DNA from: Dehalococcoidia bacterium
Lineage (GTDB): Bacteria; Chloroflexota; Dehalococcoidia; UBA6926
DNA: 64,000 nucleotides
Assembly: GCA_965224255.1 (NCBI GenBank)
Contig: CBDCYO010000005.1
Coordinates: forward strand, 1,035,771-1,099,770
Direction: 5' to 3'
Every line of letters starts with the position of its first letter. Position 1 is the stretch's first letter. Below the pieces are notes generated by a model. That model saw nothing but the letters and a program-made list of their open reading frames with translations. It had not been told where the DNA came from and did no database searches. Both the position numbers and the translations under genes were made by a program. Below, one piece after another: positions 28,994 to 39,162 of the stretch.

Positions 28994-29033
28994 TCACCTT
29001 GCCTTGTGAGAACAGAGAATACACGTAGTGCCT

Positions 29034-31286
29034 CTAACCCGCCTTCCCCCTAATCCCCGCCAATAGTCGCTCCGGGTGGATGGGGATTTCATACGGGCGG
29101 ACACCGACGGCGTCATAGACGGCGTTTGCAATCGCCGCGGCCGTCGTGATGTTGGAGTGCTCGCCGACGGCCTTGATATTGTACTTGCCCCAGCCACTCG
29201 GAGCCTCCACCAAGATCGTCTCCAGTTCCGGAATGTCCGGCTGCGTCGGCGCCTTATAGTCGGCCAGCGAGGGGTTGGACACGCGGCCGGACTCGTCCAC
29301 GGCCAAGTCCTCCATCATCGCGTGCCCCAGTGCCTGCACCAAGCCGCCCTCCACCTGCCCATGGAAGCCAATGGGGTTCAGCACACGGCCCACATCATGC
29401 ACAGCCGTCACCTTGGTCACGGTCACGTTGCCGGTATCCGTATCAACGCTGACTTCTGCGACCTGCGCGACGAATGACGTCATCGGCGACATCATTGGCG
29501 GCCCTCCCTCCGGCGCGCGATTACGGCCTGAGATGGGCTCTCCGCGGCGGCGGACGATGTCCTCCATCGGTACACTCTCATTCGTGCGTGTATTGAGCAA
29601 CGCGCCATTCGCGTACTCGACCACGTCCTCATCCCAGCCGTTGAACTCCGCAGCGAGGCGCTTGAGCGACGTCTTGACCTCCTCTGACGCCTGCGTCGCG
29701 GCCATCGGGCCAACGAGGGATGCGCGGGAGCCGCCGTATCCCAGATCGAACATCGTGCTGTCGAGCTCGTCCGTGCTGAACGGCACCACGCTCACACGGT
29801 CAAGCTCCACCTGCATCTCCTCCGCGACCGTCTGCCGAATCAGCGTGTTCACGCCGGTGCCGGGATCAAAGAACGAGGTGCGTGCCGTAATGCCGCCGTC
29901 CTCTTCGACAATGACCGCCGCTTGCGTCATGCCCCCATACTGTGGGCGGTGCCCGTATGCGATGCCGCGCCCAACGTTTGCCGGGCGCGGTTCCGCCATC
30001 TTGCCGGCGCGGGCAGCCTCCTCAATGATCGTGTCCGCGATGATGCCCGTAAATGTGTGCCCCGTGGGCGTATCGTCGCCCTCATGAACGACGTTCGTGA
30101 GGCGGAACTCGACGGGGTCCATGCCAAGCTCCTCCGCGATGATGTCCATCATTGACTCGCCTGCGAAGATGCCCTGTACCTCGCCTGGCCCACGCTGGAA
30201 GCCGCCCGGAACCGTGTTCGTCGCCACCTGCCACGTATCGATACGGGTGTGGGGGATGCGGTACGGGCCCGCAACCTCATTTGCACCGGGCAGGCTCCCG
30301 CTTGGCGAATACGCGCGGTACGCGCCAGCGTTGAAATACAGATCAGACTCCCACGCCGTGATCGTCCCATCACGCTTAACGCCGACCTTGACGTGAACCT
30401 CGGATCGGTGGCGTGGGTTCATCGCCATCAGCTCCTCGGAATAGTCCATGGCGAACTTGACGGGGCGGCCGGTCTTTTCGGCAAGCGCATAGCAGATCGG
30501 CACGCCGACGATATCCCCCTTCCCGCCAAAATCACCGCCGACGTACGCAAAGTTAATGACAACCTGCGAAATGTCACGCCCCGTCAGGGCTGCAATGGAC
30601 GCGCGGTTGGACATCGGCGACTTCGTCCCAATCCACGTCTGGACGGTGCCGTCATCATCAATGGCGACGATGCAGTTGTGCGGCTCAAGGTAGAGCTGAT
30701 GCGTGCGGGAGGTCTCAAAGTCACGCTCGATGATGTGGTCGGCCTCGGCCATGCCCTGTGTGACGTCACCCTTGTCCCAGTGGTTATGGACGACGAGGTT
30801 GGATGGGCCATCAAGCGGGGCTGTGACGCCGGCGTAGGTATTGAAATCGGGGTGGAGGATCGGAGCGCTGGGGGCGCGGGCCTCGGCAATCGTCACGACG
30901 GCAGGCAACTCTTCATACTCGACGTCGATGAGCCCGAGCGCAGTGTCTGCGGTCTCCTCGTCGTCCGCAGCAACGGCCGCCACTTTGTCACCAATGTAGA
31001 GTGCGCGATCCCACGCCAGGATTGGCTCATCCTGAATGGTCTTGCCCCAACGTTTCCCCTCAAGGTCTCTGCCGGTGATGACCGCGTGGACGCCAGGCAG
31101 CGCGAGCGCGGCGGAGGCATCAATCGAGACGATGCGCGCGTGGGCGTACGGGGAGCGTAACACCCTGCACCACAACGCCCCCGGCGGGACAACGTCTATC
31201 GAGTACTTGCCTGCGCCTGTCACCTTCTCCGGGCCGTCCGCACGGCCAACCGGCTGCCCAATAAAACGATGCCCTGTCATTGCCAT
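29034..31286 (-). CDS. xanthine dehydrogenase/aldehyde oxidoreductase family molybdopterin-binding subunit
   Basis: KVTG...Y, LRSPYAHARI, GGDFGGK, QVEGG..Q.LG, KAVGE. Confidence 0.93.
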   Translation of the reverse strand: MAMTGHRFIGQPVGRADGPEKVTGAGKYSIDVVPPGALWCRVLRSPYAHARIVSIDASAALALPGVHAVITGRDLEGKRWGKTIQDEPILAWDRALYIGDKVAAVAADDEETADTALGLIDVEYEELPAVVTIAEARAPSAPILHPDFNTYAGVTAPLDGPSNLVVHNHWDKGDVTQGMAEADHIIERDFETSRTHQLYLEPHNCIVAIDDDGTVQTWIGTKSPMSNRASIAALTGRDISQVVINFAYVGGDFGGKGDIVGVPICYALAEKTGRPVKFAMDYSEELMAMNPRHRSEVHVKVGVKRDGTITAWESDLYFNAGAYRAYSPSGSLPGANEVAGPYRIPHTRIDTWQVATNTVPGGFQRGPGEVQGIFAGESMMDIIAEELGMDPVEFRLTNVVHEGDDTPTGHTFTGIIADTIIEEAARAGKMAEPRPANVGRGIAYGHRPQYGGMTQAAVIVEEDGGITARTSFFDPGTGVNTLIRQTVAEEMQVELDRVSVVPFSTDELDSTMFDLGYGGSRASLVGPMAATQASEEVKTSLKRLAAEFNGWDEDVVEYANGALLNTRTNESVPMEDIVRRRGEPISGRNRAPEGGPPMMSPMTSFVAQVAEVSVDTDTGNVTVTKVTAVHDVGRVLNPIGFHGQVEGGLVQALGHAMMEDLAVDESGRVSNPSLADYKAPTQPDIPELETILVEAPSGWGKYNIKAVGEHSNITTAAAIANAVYDAVGVRPYEIPIHPERLLAGIRGKAG

Positions 31287-31429
31287 GAGTCATTCCTTCC
31301 CCTCAAATGTCCAGCCGCGTCCGGCTTGCCACTGACGAATCTATCGGAATTATACGAAATGGCCGACGCACCTGACGTCTGAACCGGTGCTCACCACTGT
31401 CTGTTGCCGATCACCTCACCATGGACCGG

Positions 31430-32257
31430 CTAGTGCTCCACCAACAACCCCCCGCAGTGAGGACATCTGGTCGGCGACTCTCGGTTCTCCCTCTGACGGC
31501 GCGCCTCGGCAACGAATCCGTTACCGAGGATACCCGCAGGCAGAGCGATGAGACCAATTCCAAGGATGGCCAATCCCGCTGTCAGCATTCGCCCAAAGGT
31601 CGTCACGGGAACCGCCTCAACGGAGCCGACGGTGGAGACGGCGATGATCCCCCACCACATGGACGCGGGGATGCTAGAAAACGTATCCGGTTGGACGCCG
31701 TTCTCTGCGAAGTACATGAGCGATGCCACAATGAGAAGCAGCAGCGCGAACATTCCGATGACAGCCCCAAGTTCACCCCGCGTGTTGAACAGGACGCGGC
31801 CAAGATTCGTCATCGTCTGGGAATACCGGCCCAAACGTACAACGCGGGCAGCGAGACGAATCACTCGCAAGAAGCGCAAGTCGAGGCCGTACACGGGGAC
31901 TGCGAGAACAATGTAGAACGGTAGGATGGCGATCAGGTCCACGAGCGTCATCGGCGAAAAGATATACCGCACTCGCCCCCACACCGGATGCCCGTACGCG
32001 CCGGACCCGTCCTCAACACAACCCCACAGTCGGAGCAGCCACTCCACAGTGAAAATTCCGACCGTAACACCCTCGATCAGGATGAACATGTCCGGCGCGC
32101 GGACATACATGCTCTCAACAGTGCCGAGAAGGAGGCCAGAAATGCTGACGACGATCGCCGCGAGAATAAAGATGTCAAACGCCATGCTGACTCGATCCCC
32201 GGCACGCCCACTTTCAACGATTTCCCAGACACGGGCGGTCATGTGGCGTTCAGACAT
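31430..32257 (-). CDS. voltage-gated K+ channel-like ion transporter with atypical filter
   Basis: FTVEWLLR, VDLIAILPFY, S4 LRFLRVIRLAARVVRL, FSSIPASMWW, filter STVGSVE, C-terminal CPHCG. Confidence 0.88.
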   Translation of the reverse strand: MSERHMTARVWEIVESGRAGDRVSMAFDIFILAAIVVSISGLLLGTVESMYVRAPDMFILIEGVTVGIFTVEWLLRLWGCVEDGSGAYGHPVWGRVRYIFSPMTLVDLIAILPFYIVLAVPVYGLDLRFLRVIRLAARVVRLGRYSQTMTNLGRVLFNTRGELGAVIGMFALLLLIVASLMYFAENGVQPDTFSSIPASMWWGIIAVSTVGSVEAVPVTTFGRMLTAGLAILGIGLIALPAGILGNGFVAEARRQRENRESPTRCPHCGGLLVEH

Positions 32258-32308
32258 TCTTAATCCTCCACGCATTGGACCAAAGAGGCGGCACCGACTC
32301 CCCTCGGA

Positions 32309-32842
32309 TCAGGCCGGGGAGCCATCGAACATCATGCGATCGGCGTAGGGCAGTCCCCACCAAGTCACCCAGTCCGTCTCCTCGTTCTCTCCCGGCGGGT
32401 CAGCACGCAGTGCCGTGGCGCGCCGTGCAATGGCCGTGAGCAGACCCCTGTCATACGCCGCACCAAGTGAGCCCTGGATGATGCGGTGCTCACGCAGGAG
32501 AACCGTCAGGGCTCGGCTAAGGTCCACCGGCGTTGCCTCCGCAATGGCAGTGAGGTCTGTCATCAACCGCTTGCACTCCGCCGTCCCCCGCCACGCAGAC
32601 CAATGAAAGCCCTGCACCCACCCGTTGTCGTAGCAGTACTCCAGAAAGTCCATGCCAAGGCGGGAGAGGGTGTATGTCGGTTCGTTCTCGCTCGGTCGTG
32701 TCACCCAGCTACCCAACGCAAACGCCGGATTCTCAAAGTGGCGAAGATACACCGCGATGGCGTTCAGCCGACGCGACAGCGGCCCCGCGTCGGAGGCGTG
32801 ATTCGCCATGTCCTTCCGCATCCTGTCTCGTTCTGTCGCCAT
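32309..32842 (-). CDS. DUF6508-like protein
   Basis: CYDNGWV..F.W..W and ATPVDLSRALTVLLREHRIIQGSLGAAYDRGLL pattern. Confidence 0.6.
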   Translation of the reverse strand: MATERDRMRKDMANHASDAGPLSRRLNAIAVYLRHFENPAFALGSWVTRPSENEPTYTLSRLGMDFLEYCYDNGWVQGFHWSAWRGTAECKRLMTDLTAIAEATPVDLSRALTVLLREHRIIQGSLGAAYDRGLLTAIARRATALRADPPGENEETDWVTWWGLPYADRMMFDGSPA

Positions 32843-32974
32843 TCGGTCACCCCTCTCGGTATCCCCACTGTCACGCATCCATGCGCCATAGATACGATAC
32901 GCCGTTGCGCCGCGGGAACACAGCACGTGACGCTACGTGACACTGTGTGTCCTGCTACCGTTGTGGACGTGACG

Positions 32975-33727
32975 ATGCATGCCAGGACAGACACCACCGA
33001 CCCCCACGATGACTTGCCGTTGTTGCGGGAATGGGCAGGACGCTTGGGCACGCCGTTGACGGAACGGCAAGTCTCTCTCTTTGCTATCTATCGCGAGGAA
33101 CTGCTCACATGGAATGCACACCGCACGAATCTGACCGCCATTACACGGCCGGACATGGTGGAATCACGACTCTTCATCGGAAGTCTTGTCTGCGCTGTTG
33201 CACTGCCACAGGTGTCCCAGCAGCGCCTCATTGACATCGGCTCCGGAGGCGGTTTCCCCGGTCTTCCCCTCGCCATCGCACTGCCCACGTGGGACATCAC
33301 GCTGGTCGAGGCCACAAGCAAGAAGGTTGAGTTCCTTGAGCACGTCATCGCACTCCTGCATCTGGACAACGCCAGTGCACTACAGAGCCGGGCGGAGAAC
33401 CTGGCGCACGACCATACGCACCGGGAGCGTTACGACGTTGCGACGGCCCGCGCGCTTGCCCCACTGTCCACGCTCGTCGAGCTGTGCCTACCGTTTGTCC
33501 GCAACGGCGGCATTCTGATTGCCCCCAAGAGTACAGACGCCGAACGAGAAGCCCAAGAGGCATCGCGTGCACTGGCGGTGCTCGGAGGGGAGGTGCAGGA
33601 CATCACGCGTCCTCCTTCGGGTACACCCATACCAGCCAGTCACTCCCTGGTTATCATTCGGAAGGTCGCGCCGACGCCGCACAGGTACCCCCGACGAAAC
33701 GGCGTGCCAGCACGCCAGCCCCTGTAG
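32975..33727 (+). CDS. rsmG: 16S rRNA m7G527 methyltransferase RsmG (GidB)
   Basis: WN..TNLTAI, IDIGSGGGFPGLPL, RAE, ARALA, TP.RYPRR.G.P. Confidence 0.95.
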   Translation: MHARTDTTDPHDDLPLLREWAGRLGTPLTERQVSLFAIYREELLTWNAHRTNLTAITRPDMVESRLFIGSLVCAVALPQVSQQRLIDIGSGGGFPGLPLAIALPTWDITLVEATSKKVEFLEHVIALLHLDNASALQSRAENLAHDHTHRERYDVATARALAPLSTLVELCLPFVRNGGILIAPKSTDAEREAQEASRALAVLGGEVQDITRPPSGTPIPASHSLVIIRKVAPTPHRYPRRNGVPARQPL

Positions 33728-33874
33728 CCCCGTCCCCCGCCGTGCAGCGGTCGCGTTGGCGACATCTCATTCGCAACGCGCTGTAATCCCATATTCGGGC
33801 AATGACATACCACGCGTCGTGGCAGCCGGCACAAGGTTCATCACATGGCGGGAGGGCGTATGACGAGGGCGGTA

Positions 33875-34642
33875 CTAAGCCGTCGTGCGGCGGTACATGA
33901 TGGTCGTGGCGGTCAGGGCCACCACCGTCATACCGACGAGAATGGAAAAACCGGGCAGGATATGCTCCCACTCCCAGCCCACAACGACGACGGCGCGAAT
34001 CGCCTCCATCACGTAGTTCACGGGGTTGATGGACACGGCTATCTGGAACCAGTCCGCCATCAGCTCTTTCGGCATGAACGCCGTGGTCATGAAGACCGCT
34101 GGGAAGAAGACGATGAACATTGATTGCGTCACCTGAACACTTCGCGTCTTGATGGCGATGATCAACCCCAAGCACGACCATGCGATGCCGAAAAGAGTCC
34201 CCAGCAGCAGGATTGCCAGGAGGCCGAGGTATCCGGACTCTGACGATGCCCCCATGATTAGCCCCACCATGATGATTGTCACTCCCTGAATTGCGCCGCG
34301 CGTCGCTGACACAAGAAGAACACCGAGCAGGATGGAGATGCGGTAAATGGGCGCCAACAGGAGCTTGTTGAGGTAGCCAGATAGGTCATCCGTCAGGAGG
34401 TTGAACCCCGCGTCAATGCCGCTAAAGATCATCGCTTGGACGATGATCATCGGCATCAGGTACGTGACATAGGAATCCGTGGGGAATCCAGGCAACATGG
34501 ACACGTTGTCAAAGGCCGCTACGAAGACAATCATGAAGATGATATTGATGAAGATAGTCGGCAAGAACTGCCCCGGCTGCGTAACCCATGCGCGCAGATT
34601 CCGCACGTAGATGTACCACGTCTGAAGCGCGAGGCTGACCAT
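33875..34642 (-). CDS. ABC-2 type exporter permease (DrrB-like)
   Basis: Six TM segments; GYLNKLLLAP; INPVNY..EAIR. Confidence 0.92.
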   Translation of the reverse strand: MVSLALQTWYIYVRNLRAWVTQPGQFLPTIFINIIFMIVFVAAFDNVSMLPGFPTDSYVTYLMPMIIVQAMIFSGIDAGFNLLTDDLSGYLNKLLLAPIYRISILLGVLLVSATRGAIQGVTIIMVGLIMGASSESGYLGLLAILLLGTLFGIAWSCLGLIIAIKTRSVQVTQSMFIVFFPAVFMTTAFMPKELMADWFQIAVSINPVNYVMEAIRAVVVVGWEWEHILPGFSILVGMTVVALTATTIMYRRTTA

Positions 34643-35694
34643 CAGGAACTACCCCCGTCGCTCAAGCCCAGCCACGGACGGAACGCGTTGTTCATCTCGT
34701 CTCCGCCAGTCTCTTCATCACGAATGGTGCGGCCCGTGTGTTGCAAGAACACGTCGTCCAGCGTCGGGCTGGAGACGGACAGGTTGGACACCGGCACATC
34801 ATTGTCTGCGAGTAGCCGCATCAGCCCTGGCACCGCCGCGCCGCCGTCCGGCACCGTTACGGCCAGGCCATCCTGCACACGTGCCGTTGCTGTCACATAG
34901 GGCTGCTGATCTGCCAGCTCCTGAGCGCGTCTGCTGAGCACATCTCGCTCTTCCCCCGACTCCGGCTGTGTGAGCAGAATCGTCACGACATCGCCGCCAA
35001 TCTCCCCCTTCAGTGTGCGTGGCGACCCCTCTGCGACAATGGTGCCGCGGTCGATAATCGCCAGCCGTTCACACAGGCGATCCGCCTCATCCATCATCTG
35101 CGTTGTCAGGATGACTGTGACGCCGTCCTCGGCATTCAGCCGGCGCAGATAGTCCCACACTGTGTTTCGGCTTTGTGGATCCAGTCCCGTCGTCGGCTCG
35201 TCCAGGAACAGCACCGAGGGCCGATGCACGAGTGTGGCAACAAGGTCAAGCCGGCGCCGCATCCCGCCTGAGAACGTCCCGATCTTCTTCTGGGCAACGT
35301 TTGATAGGCCAATGAACTCCAGCAGCTCAGTGGACCGTGCGCGCGCCTCCACACTACTCAGGCCATAGAGGCGACCCTGCAGTGTCAGGAAATCATGAGC
35401 CTTGGCAAGATCATCGAGGCCCGCCGTTTGCATGGCGACGCCGACGCTGCGCCGTATCTGTTCCTGATCCCGGTCGACGTCATACCCGGCAACCGTCACG
35501 GTGCCGGACGTCTTCTTGAGCAGAGTGGAGAGTATCTTGAGCGACGTGCTCTTTCCTGCGCCGTTGGGGCCGAGGAACCCGAAGAATTCGCCCTTGCGCA
35601 CCGCGAAATCGATGCCATCAACAGCGCGCGTCCCGCCCGCATAGACCTTAACGAGGTTGCGGACATCGATAACGGCCTTCTGGTCGTGAGCCAT
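34642..35694 (-). CDS. ABC exporter ATP-binding protein (DrrA-like)
   Basis: GPNGAGKS, FSGGM, LFLDEPT, PTLDDVFL..TG. Confidence 0.95.
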   Translation of the reverse strand: MAHDQKAVIDVRNLVKVYAGGTRAVDGIDFAVRKGEFFGFLGPNGAGKSTSLKILSTLLKKTSGTVTVAGYDVDRDQEQIRRSVGVAMQTAGLDDLAKAHDFLTLQGRLYGLSSVEARARSTELLEFIGLSNVAQKKIGTFSGGMRRRLDLVATLVHRPSVLFLDEPTTGLDPQSRNTVWDYLRRLNAEDGVTVILTTQMMDEADRLCERLAIIDRGTIVAEGSPRTLKGEIGGDVVTILLTQPESGEERDVLSRRAQELADQQPYVTATARVQDGLAVTVPDGGAAVPGLMRLLADNDVPVSNLSVSSPTLDDVFLQHTGRTIRDEETGGDEMNNAFRPWLGLSDGGSS

Positions 35695-35779
35695 GGGCCC
35701 TCCTGATCAGAGAATCGAACCGGCAGAACTCCATTTTACGGACAACGGAAGTGCGTAGCCACCCCCGCGCTCCGCCGCC

Positions 35780-36210
35780 ACGTCATTCAGAACAGCCCGC
35801 CCCACTTTGCTATTTTGAATAGAGCGTCCGCCGCTCACAGGTCAACCTGAACAGCCCGCCCCACTTTGCCATTTTGAATAGAGCGTCCGCCGCTCACAGG
35901 CCACCCTGAACAGCGCGCCCCACTTTGCCATCCTGAACGGAGCATCCCCCTTTCGCCATTCGAAGGGAACGCCGGCCCCACCATGCCATTCTGAACGGAA
36001 CGCAGTGGAGTGAAGAATCTAAACGCGTGCTTCAGGCCGTGCGTGTGCGTGTTCCACCTCTGCCGCAATGGGGACGTAGATTCTTCGCCGCGCTCAGAAT
36101 GCCAGAGGGGATGCTCAGAATGGCGATGCAGCACCCGGAATGACAAGGAGCATGCCGTGTCATTTGAACGATGCGCAGCAGCACCCTGTCATTCTGAGCG
36201 TGTAGCGAAG
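35780..36210. repeat. large REP-like cluster with 59-bp tandem duplication
   Basis: gaacagcccgccccactttgc..ttttgaatagagcgtccgccgctcacagg repeated at 59-bp period, then inverted pair gccattctgaacggaacgcagtggagtgaagaatct / agattcttcgccgcgctcagaatg. Confidence 0.85.
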
Positions 36211-36323
36211 GCCACAGCCGGCCGTTGGCGTCACCGGGTCAAGCCGTACCCGCACGACGAGGACACGACCGCCGCGCCTCTCCTTGTCGCATTGCCGCTA
36301 TCTAGCCTATACTCGTTGCTGTC

Positions 36324-36461
36324 ATGCCCAAGAGAACCTACCAACCCAAAGTGCGCCGCCGAAAGCGCGTTCACGGCTTCCGCTTGCGAATGAGAGACCC
36401 CGGCGGTCGCTCCGTCATCGCGCGGCGTCGTGCGAAGGGGCGTCATCGTCTCAGCGTCTAG
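36324..36461 (+). CDS. rpmH: 50S ribosomal protein L34
   Basis: Translated by hand (below ORF-track cutoff): [23 protein letters not shown]...[12 protein letters not shown]. Confidence 0.97.
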   Translation: MPKRTYQPKVRRRKRVHGFRLRMRDPGGRSVIARRRAKGRHRLSV

Positions 36462-36471
36462 CTGCCGCACC

Positions 36472-36873
36472 ATGCCCCAAACAACGGATTCCCGCTTACG
36501 GCGAGGGTCTGATTTTGCTCGCGTGTCCGATATCGGCAAGGGCCGTGCGAACGAACTGATCGTCCTCCGTTACGCCCCGAACGAGTTGGATGCCATGCGC
36601 GCCGGCTACGCCGTCAGCAAGCGCGTCGGCGGAGCTGTTCGCCGTAACGCGGTCAAGCGCCGGCTACGCGAAGCCGTTCGGAAGCTTGGCCCACGGGAAT
36701 CGGGGGTTGATCTCGTCTTCATCGCCCGGCCGCCGATAGCGGATGCCGATTATCACCGCATCGAGGACGCCGTGGCGGACCTGCTCACGCGCGCCGGATT
36801 GCGGTCTGCCCAACACGCCTCACGCTCCACCGACCATCATGAGCGTAGCGCCAAGACTGGGTCGGGCGAATGA
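36472..36873 (+). CDS. rnpA: ribonuclease P protein component
   Basis: [23 protein letters not shown]; follows rpmH. Confidence 0.95.
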   Translation: MPQTTDSRLRRGSDFARVSDIGKGRANELIVLRYAPNELDAMRAGYAVSKRVGGAVRRNAVKRRLREAVRKLGPRESGVDLVFIARPPIADADYHRIEDAVADLLTRAGLRSAQHASRSTDHHERSAKTGSGE

Positions 36874-37079
36874 CGATTATCGCCCTCGGCCTTCTGCGGC
36901 TGTACAAACTGATTCTCTCGCCGCTCCTGCCCGCAGCATGCCGCTATCAGCCAACGTGTTCTGTCTACGCGCGGGACGCCATCCAACGGCACGGCGTCGT
37001 GCACGGCATGATCCTGGCAACGCGGCGGCTGGCTCGATGTCATCCGTTTCGGGAAGGGGGCTACGACCCTGTCCCCTAA
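36870..37079 (+). CDS. yidD: membrane protein insertion efficiency factor
   Basis: [10 protein letters not shown]...RCHP..GGYDPVP. Confidence 0.96.
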   Translation: MTIIALGLLRLYKLILSPLLPAACRYQPTCSVYARDAIQRHGVVHGMILATRRLARCHPFREGGYDPVP

Positions 37080-37095
37080 ACGGCCAGTTGGCCTT

Positions 37096-38241
37096 TTGAC
37101 GATTCACCGTACCGTCTTTGCGGCACGGAGCCAGGTGTTCAGACCGTTCGTCCTGCTCATCACGATATGGGCGTTGCTTGCGGCAAGCGGATGCACGGCA
37201 GGTAGCCTTTTCTCCACAACGGTTTGGGCTGCGCCTGTCCTGCTGGATGCCGAAACCGTTGTCGTTGGCACGCAGACCGGCCACATCGTCGTCGGAAACA
37301 TCGTCACGGGCGCTGAACTGGGCAGGTGTGAGACAGGGGAGGGGCGCAATGGTGTCCGCGCCGTCTACGGCACGCCCTTGCTCCACAATGGGAGGATCAT
37401 CGCGGGCGGGTTCGATGGCATCGTCTATGCCATCGAACCCGCTTCTCTCTTGCCGGGGGCAGAGGTGAGTTGCACGCCATTCTTCGAGGCGGACTCCGCC
37501 ATCGTCGGCGGCCCGGCGCTCACACCGGACGACATGCTTCTGATTGGCACGGAAGGTGGAACCCTGTACGCGCTGGACCCGTCAACAGCCTCCACTCGGT
37601 GGACGTTTACATCCGACGGCGAGATATGGGGCACGCCGATTATCGGTGATGGCCTTGCCTACGTCGGCACGCTGCGCGGTATCCTGCACGCCGTTCGCCT
37701 AGGAGATGGTGGTGGCACGGAGGCATGGCGCCATGAAGCCGGAGCGGGAATTGGCGGCATGACCCTGTCAGATGACGGCACGTTGTACGTCGGCTCATTC
37801 GACCGCAACATGTATGCGCTTGACGCAGTAACAGGACGACCCAAATGGTCGTCGCCCTTCACCGCAGACAACTGGTTCTGGGCTGCGCCCCTCATCATCG
37901 GCGACCGCCTGGTAGCACCATCGCTGGATCATTCGCTCTATATCCTTGACACAGCCACCGGCGTGCCTGTCGCAGACCCGCTCGTGACCGGTGGGGCCAT
38001 ACGCAGCGAACCGGCACTGGTGGGTAATCGCGTCGTCCTTGCGAACGAAGAGCGCGAGACGTGGTGGGTTGACCCTCGGACGGGTTCAGGCATCGTTGGG
38101 GGTAAGCTGCCGGCAGAGATGTACGCGCCGATTGTGACGATCGGTGAAAACGATGCACTCTTCTTTGCGCAGGACGGCGTTATCTATCGAGCCTCGCCGT
38201 CACTACGGCAACCGGTGCGGGTTTTCCCCTTGGAGGATTAA
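37096..38241 (+). CDS. PQQ-like beta-propeller repeat lipoprotein
   Basis: Lipobox-like LAASGC; repeated YALD..TG...W motifs. Confidence 0.85.
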   Translation: MTIHRTVFAARSQVFRPFVLLITIWALLAASGCTAGSLFSTTVWAAPVLLDAETVVVGTQTGHIVVGNIVTGAELGRCETGEGRNGVRAVYGTPLLHNGRIIAGGFDGIVYAIEPASLLPGAEVSCTPFFEADSAIVGGPALTPDDMLLIGTEGGTLYALDPSTASTRWTFTSDGEIWGTPIIGDGLAYVGTLRGILHAVRLGDGGGTEAWRHEAGAGIGGMTLSDDGTLYVGSFDRNMYALDAVTGRPKWSSPFTADNWFWAAPLIIGDRLVAPSLDHSLYILDTATGVPVADPLVTGGAIRSEPALVGNRVVLANEERETWWVDPRTGSGIVGGKLPAEMYAPIVTIGENDALFFAQDGVIYRASPSLRQPVRVFPLED

Positions 38242-38250
38242 GCAGCAGTT

Positions 38251-39162
38251 ATGGAAGTCGTCGGCGACATATTCATCTTCCTGCTTTTGCAGCCGATGCT
38301 GAACGGGCTTGTGGTCCTATACAGCGTGCTCTTCGACAGCATGGCGCTCGCCATCATTGGCCTCACCATCATCGTCCGCGGGGCGTTCTATCCACTGACA
38401 CTGAAGCAGTTGCAGTCCTCAGCCAGGATGCAAGCACTGCAGCCCCAAATGCAGGAGATCCGAAACCGGTATAAGAACAATCCCCAGTTGCAGCAGCGAG
38501 AAACGATGAACCTGTACCGCCAGTCAGGCATCAATCCCCTGGGGTGCCTGGGGCCGATGGTCGTACAGTTCCCCATCTGGATTGGGCTGTACTGGGCAAT
38601 CATCAAGGGTTTGGGCAATCTGCCCGGCAGCTTTGTGTATCTATCACAGCGGCTCTATTCATGGCTGCCTGTGGGTGGTGAGGCACTCCCGTTGAACACG
38701 GAGATGCCCTGGATTCTTGGCACGCTGGACCTCTCCGCCCCGGACCCGACACCCCTCATGCCATTACTTGTTGCAGCCTCTACCTGGGCGCAGCAGCGCA
38801 TCATGCAGCCGCCGGCCGTATCTGATCAGCAGAGGCAGCAGCAACAGATCATGCTGTTCCTGTTTCCGATTATGCTGGGGTTCCTCGCCTTTACTTTCCC
38901 ATCCGGCTTAGCTCTATACTGGTTCGTTTCTAACGCCATCACAATAGGCCTGCAGGGGTTCATATCTGGATGGGGGAATCTACTGCCGGGTCGGCCGCGC
39001 TTGAGTCTCTCGGCCACGGCTTCTCAAGCCCCACAGGTAGAGACGAGGTCAGACCATGAATCAGAGTCTGGAGTGGACAGGGAAGACCGTCGAGGAAGCG
39101 ATTCGCCGAGGTCTCGCCGACCTCGGTCTCGATCGCGAGGACGTCGACGTCGACGTTCTTAG
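38251..39162 (+). CDS. yidC: membrane protein insertase YidC
   Basis: LTIIVR..YPL, LQPQMQEIR, GINPLGCL.P..VQFPI, PSGLALYW..SN. Confidence 0.95.
   Translation: MEVVGDIFIFLLLQPMLNGLVVLYSVLFDSMALAIIGLTIIVRGAFYPLTLKQLQSSARMQALQPQMQEIRNRYKNNPQLQQRETMNLYRQSGINPLGCLGPMVVQFPIWIGLYWAIIKGLGNLPGSFVYLSQRLYSWLPVGGEALPLNTEMPWILGTLDLSAPDPTPLMPLLVAASTWAQQRIMQPPAVSDQQRQQQQIMLFLFPIMLGFLAFTFPSGLALYWFVSNAITIGLQGFISGWGNLLPGRPRLSLSATASQAPQVETRSDHESESGVDREDRRGSDSPRSRRPRSRSRGRRRRRS

Noticed and set aside
29034-31286. Aerobic CO dehydrogenase CoxL
   Set aside because: Lacks form I/II active-site motifs and coxMS neighbours.
32486-32974. N-terminal extension of RsmG
   Set aside because: It is the antisense shadow of the DUF6508-like gene; RsmG similarity starts near 32975.
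35780-36210. CRISPR array
   Set aside because: Intervening sequences are duplicated rather than unique, repeats are degenerate, and there are no cas genes. The same applies to 13722-13880 and 58065-58325.
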